Assembly (NCBI GenBank): GCA_043810925.1
Contig: JBDRNT010000100.1
Span: 1-36,448, forward strand
DNA length: 36,448 bases
Source: Candidatus Eiseniibacteriota bacterium
GTDB lineage: Bacteria; Arandabacterota; Arandabacteria; Arandabacterales; Arandabacteraceae
Direction of reading: 5' to 3'
Positions 35,968 to 36,448 of the stretch are shown in pieces. Under the pieces are notes generated by a model that was not told the DNA's origin, did no database searches, and saw only the letters and a program-made list of their open reading frames with translations. The translations under genes were made by a program, and so were the position numbers. Position 1 is the first letter of the stretch, and every line of letters begins with the position of its first letter.

Positions 35968-36204
35968 CTAAACCAGACATGTCTCTCACCAACGCAGCCG
36001 CAAAGAGGCCCGTCCGACCGGAAGGCGATGGCTATTCTAACCCGATCAAGCAAAAAAGCTGTTGAGCCACTTGCCCTTCTGTCAAAGATCCTGCACCCGG
36101 TCCCGAGCTACTGATCCTGCGAGGTCACCGGAGCCAGCCGGGCCTCGAAAGTGCTTCATTCAGACATAGGGTGCCGGGTGGGCGGTAGTGGCTCTCCCCG
36201 TCAA

Positions 36205-36448
36205 TGCGGATTTCGGAGTTAATTGACCGCCGATTTCGGAAATAAATGACCGGTGAATTCGGAATAAAGTGACCAGTGAATTCGGTTTTAGTTGACCACT
36301 TTTCGGGGGAAGTCCGAAACAGGCGGTCACTTTGGGCCGAAATGGGTGGTCAATAATTCCGAAATCGGTTGCTGCGACGCTGGATACGGCAAGGTTACTG
36401 TTCTCTTTTGACGCAAGTGAAAGGAGGACAGATGTCAAGGAAGGCTGT
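36205..36448 (+). mobile_element. Left end of an IS21-family element (continues beyond the window)
   Basis: Begins TGCGGATTTCGG; four direct repeats TTCGG-N8-TGACC with a 23-bp period and two inverted copies; then AGGAGG and an ATG at 36432. Confidence 0.75.
36432..36448 (+). CDS. First codons (MSRKA...) of the presumed IS21 IstA transposase; truncated by the window edge
   Basis: AAGGAGG SD followed by ATG, at the position expected for istA; only 5 full codons visible. Confidence 0.45.

Noticed and set aside
36205..36370. CRISPR interpretation of the repeat array
   Set aside because: The 23-bp period leaves no room for spacers, no cas genes are present, and the pattern fits IS21 ends.

Overview
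This window is GC-rich bacterial chromosomal DNA, probably from a diderm FCB-group-like lineage. That assignment is inferred from the TonB system and from several secreted proteins ending in a FlgD-Ig/T9SS-like C-terminal domain (CTD). It holds about 25 plausible CDSs. In order: a BNR/VPS10-type propeller protein, a VOC protein, a DUF6599-like lipoprotein, a peptidase-MA-like protein with a broken HExxH motif, a TonB-dependent receptor and TonB divergent from a secreted M16 peptidase pair, DUF523-DUF1722, TspO, a putative outer-membrane protein, DUF456, an ADP-forming acyl-CoA ligase with a CoA-transferase/GNAT fusion, an XRE mini-operon with a double operator, two more CTD-bearing secreted proteins, an HTH-PTS EIIA with a CBS-domain cation/H+ antiporter, a Ser/Thr kinase with TPRs, and a GT39-TPR protein. 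The right end is a mobile, decaying region containing an IS3-family remnant that truncates a CTD gene, an HTH-MNT/HEPN toxin-antitoxin pair bracketed by a 22-bp direct repeat, and the left end of an IS21-family element. Features missing from the ORF track include a REP/MITE-like inverted repeat, a c-type heme protein remnant, a CTD gene remnant, several operators and an ECF-type promoter with a coupled mini-ORF. No rRNA, tRNA or CRISPR array was seen. The best candidate for a novel system is the TonB/receptor/pseudo-peptidase/M16 locus, a possible protein or peptide import-and-degradation system. All family calls come from motif recognition, not database searches.
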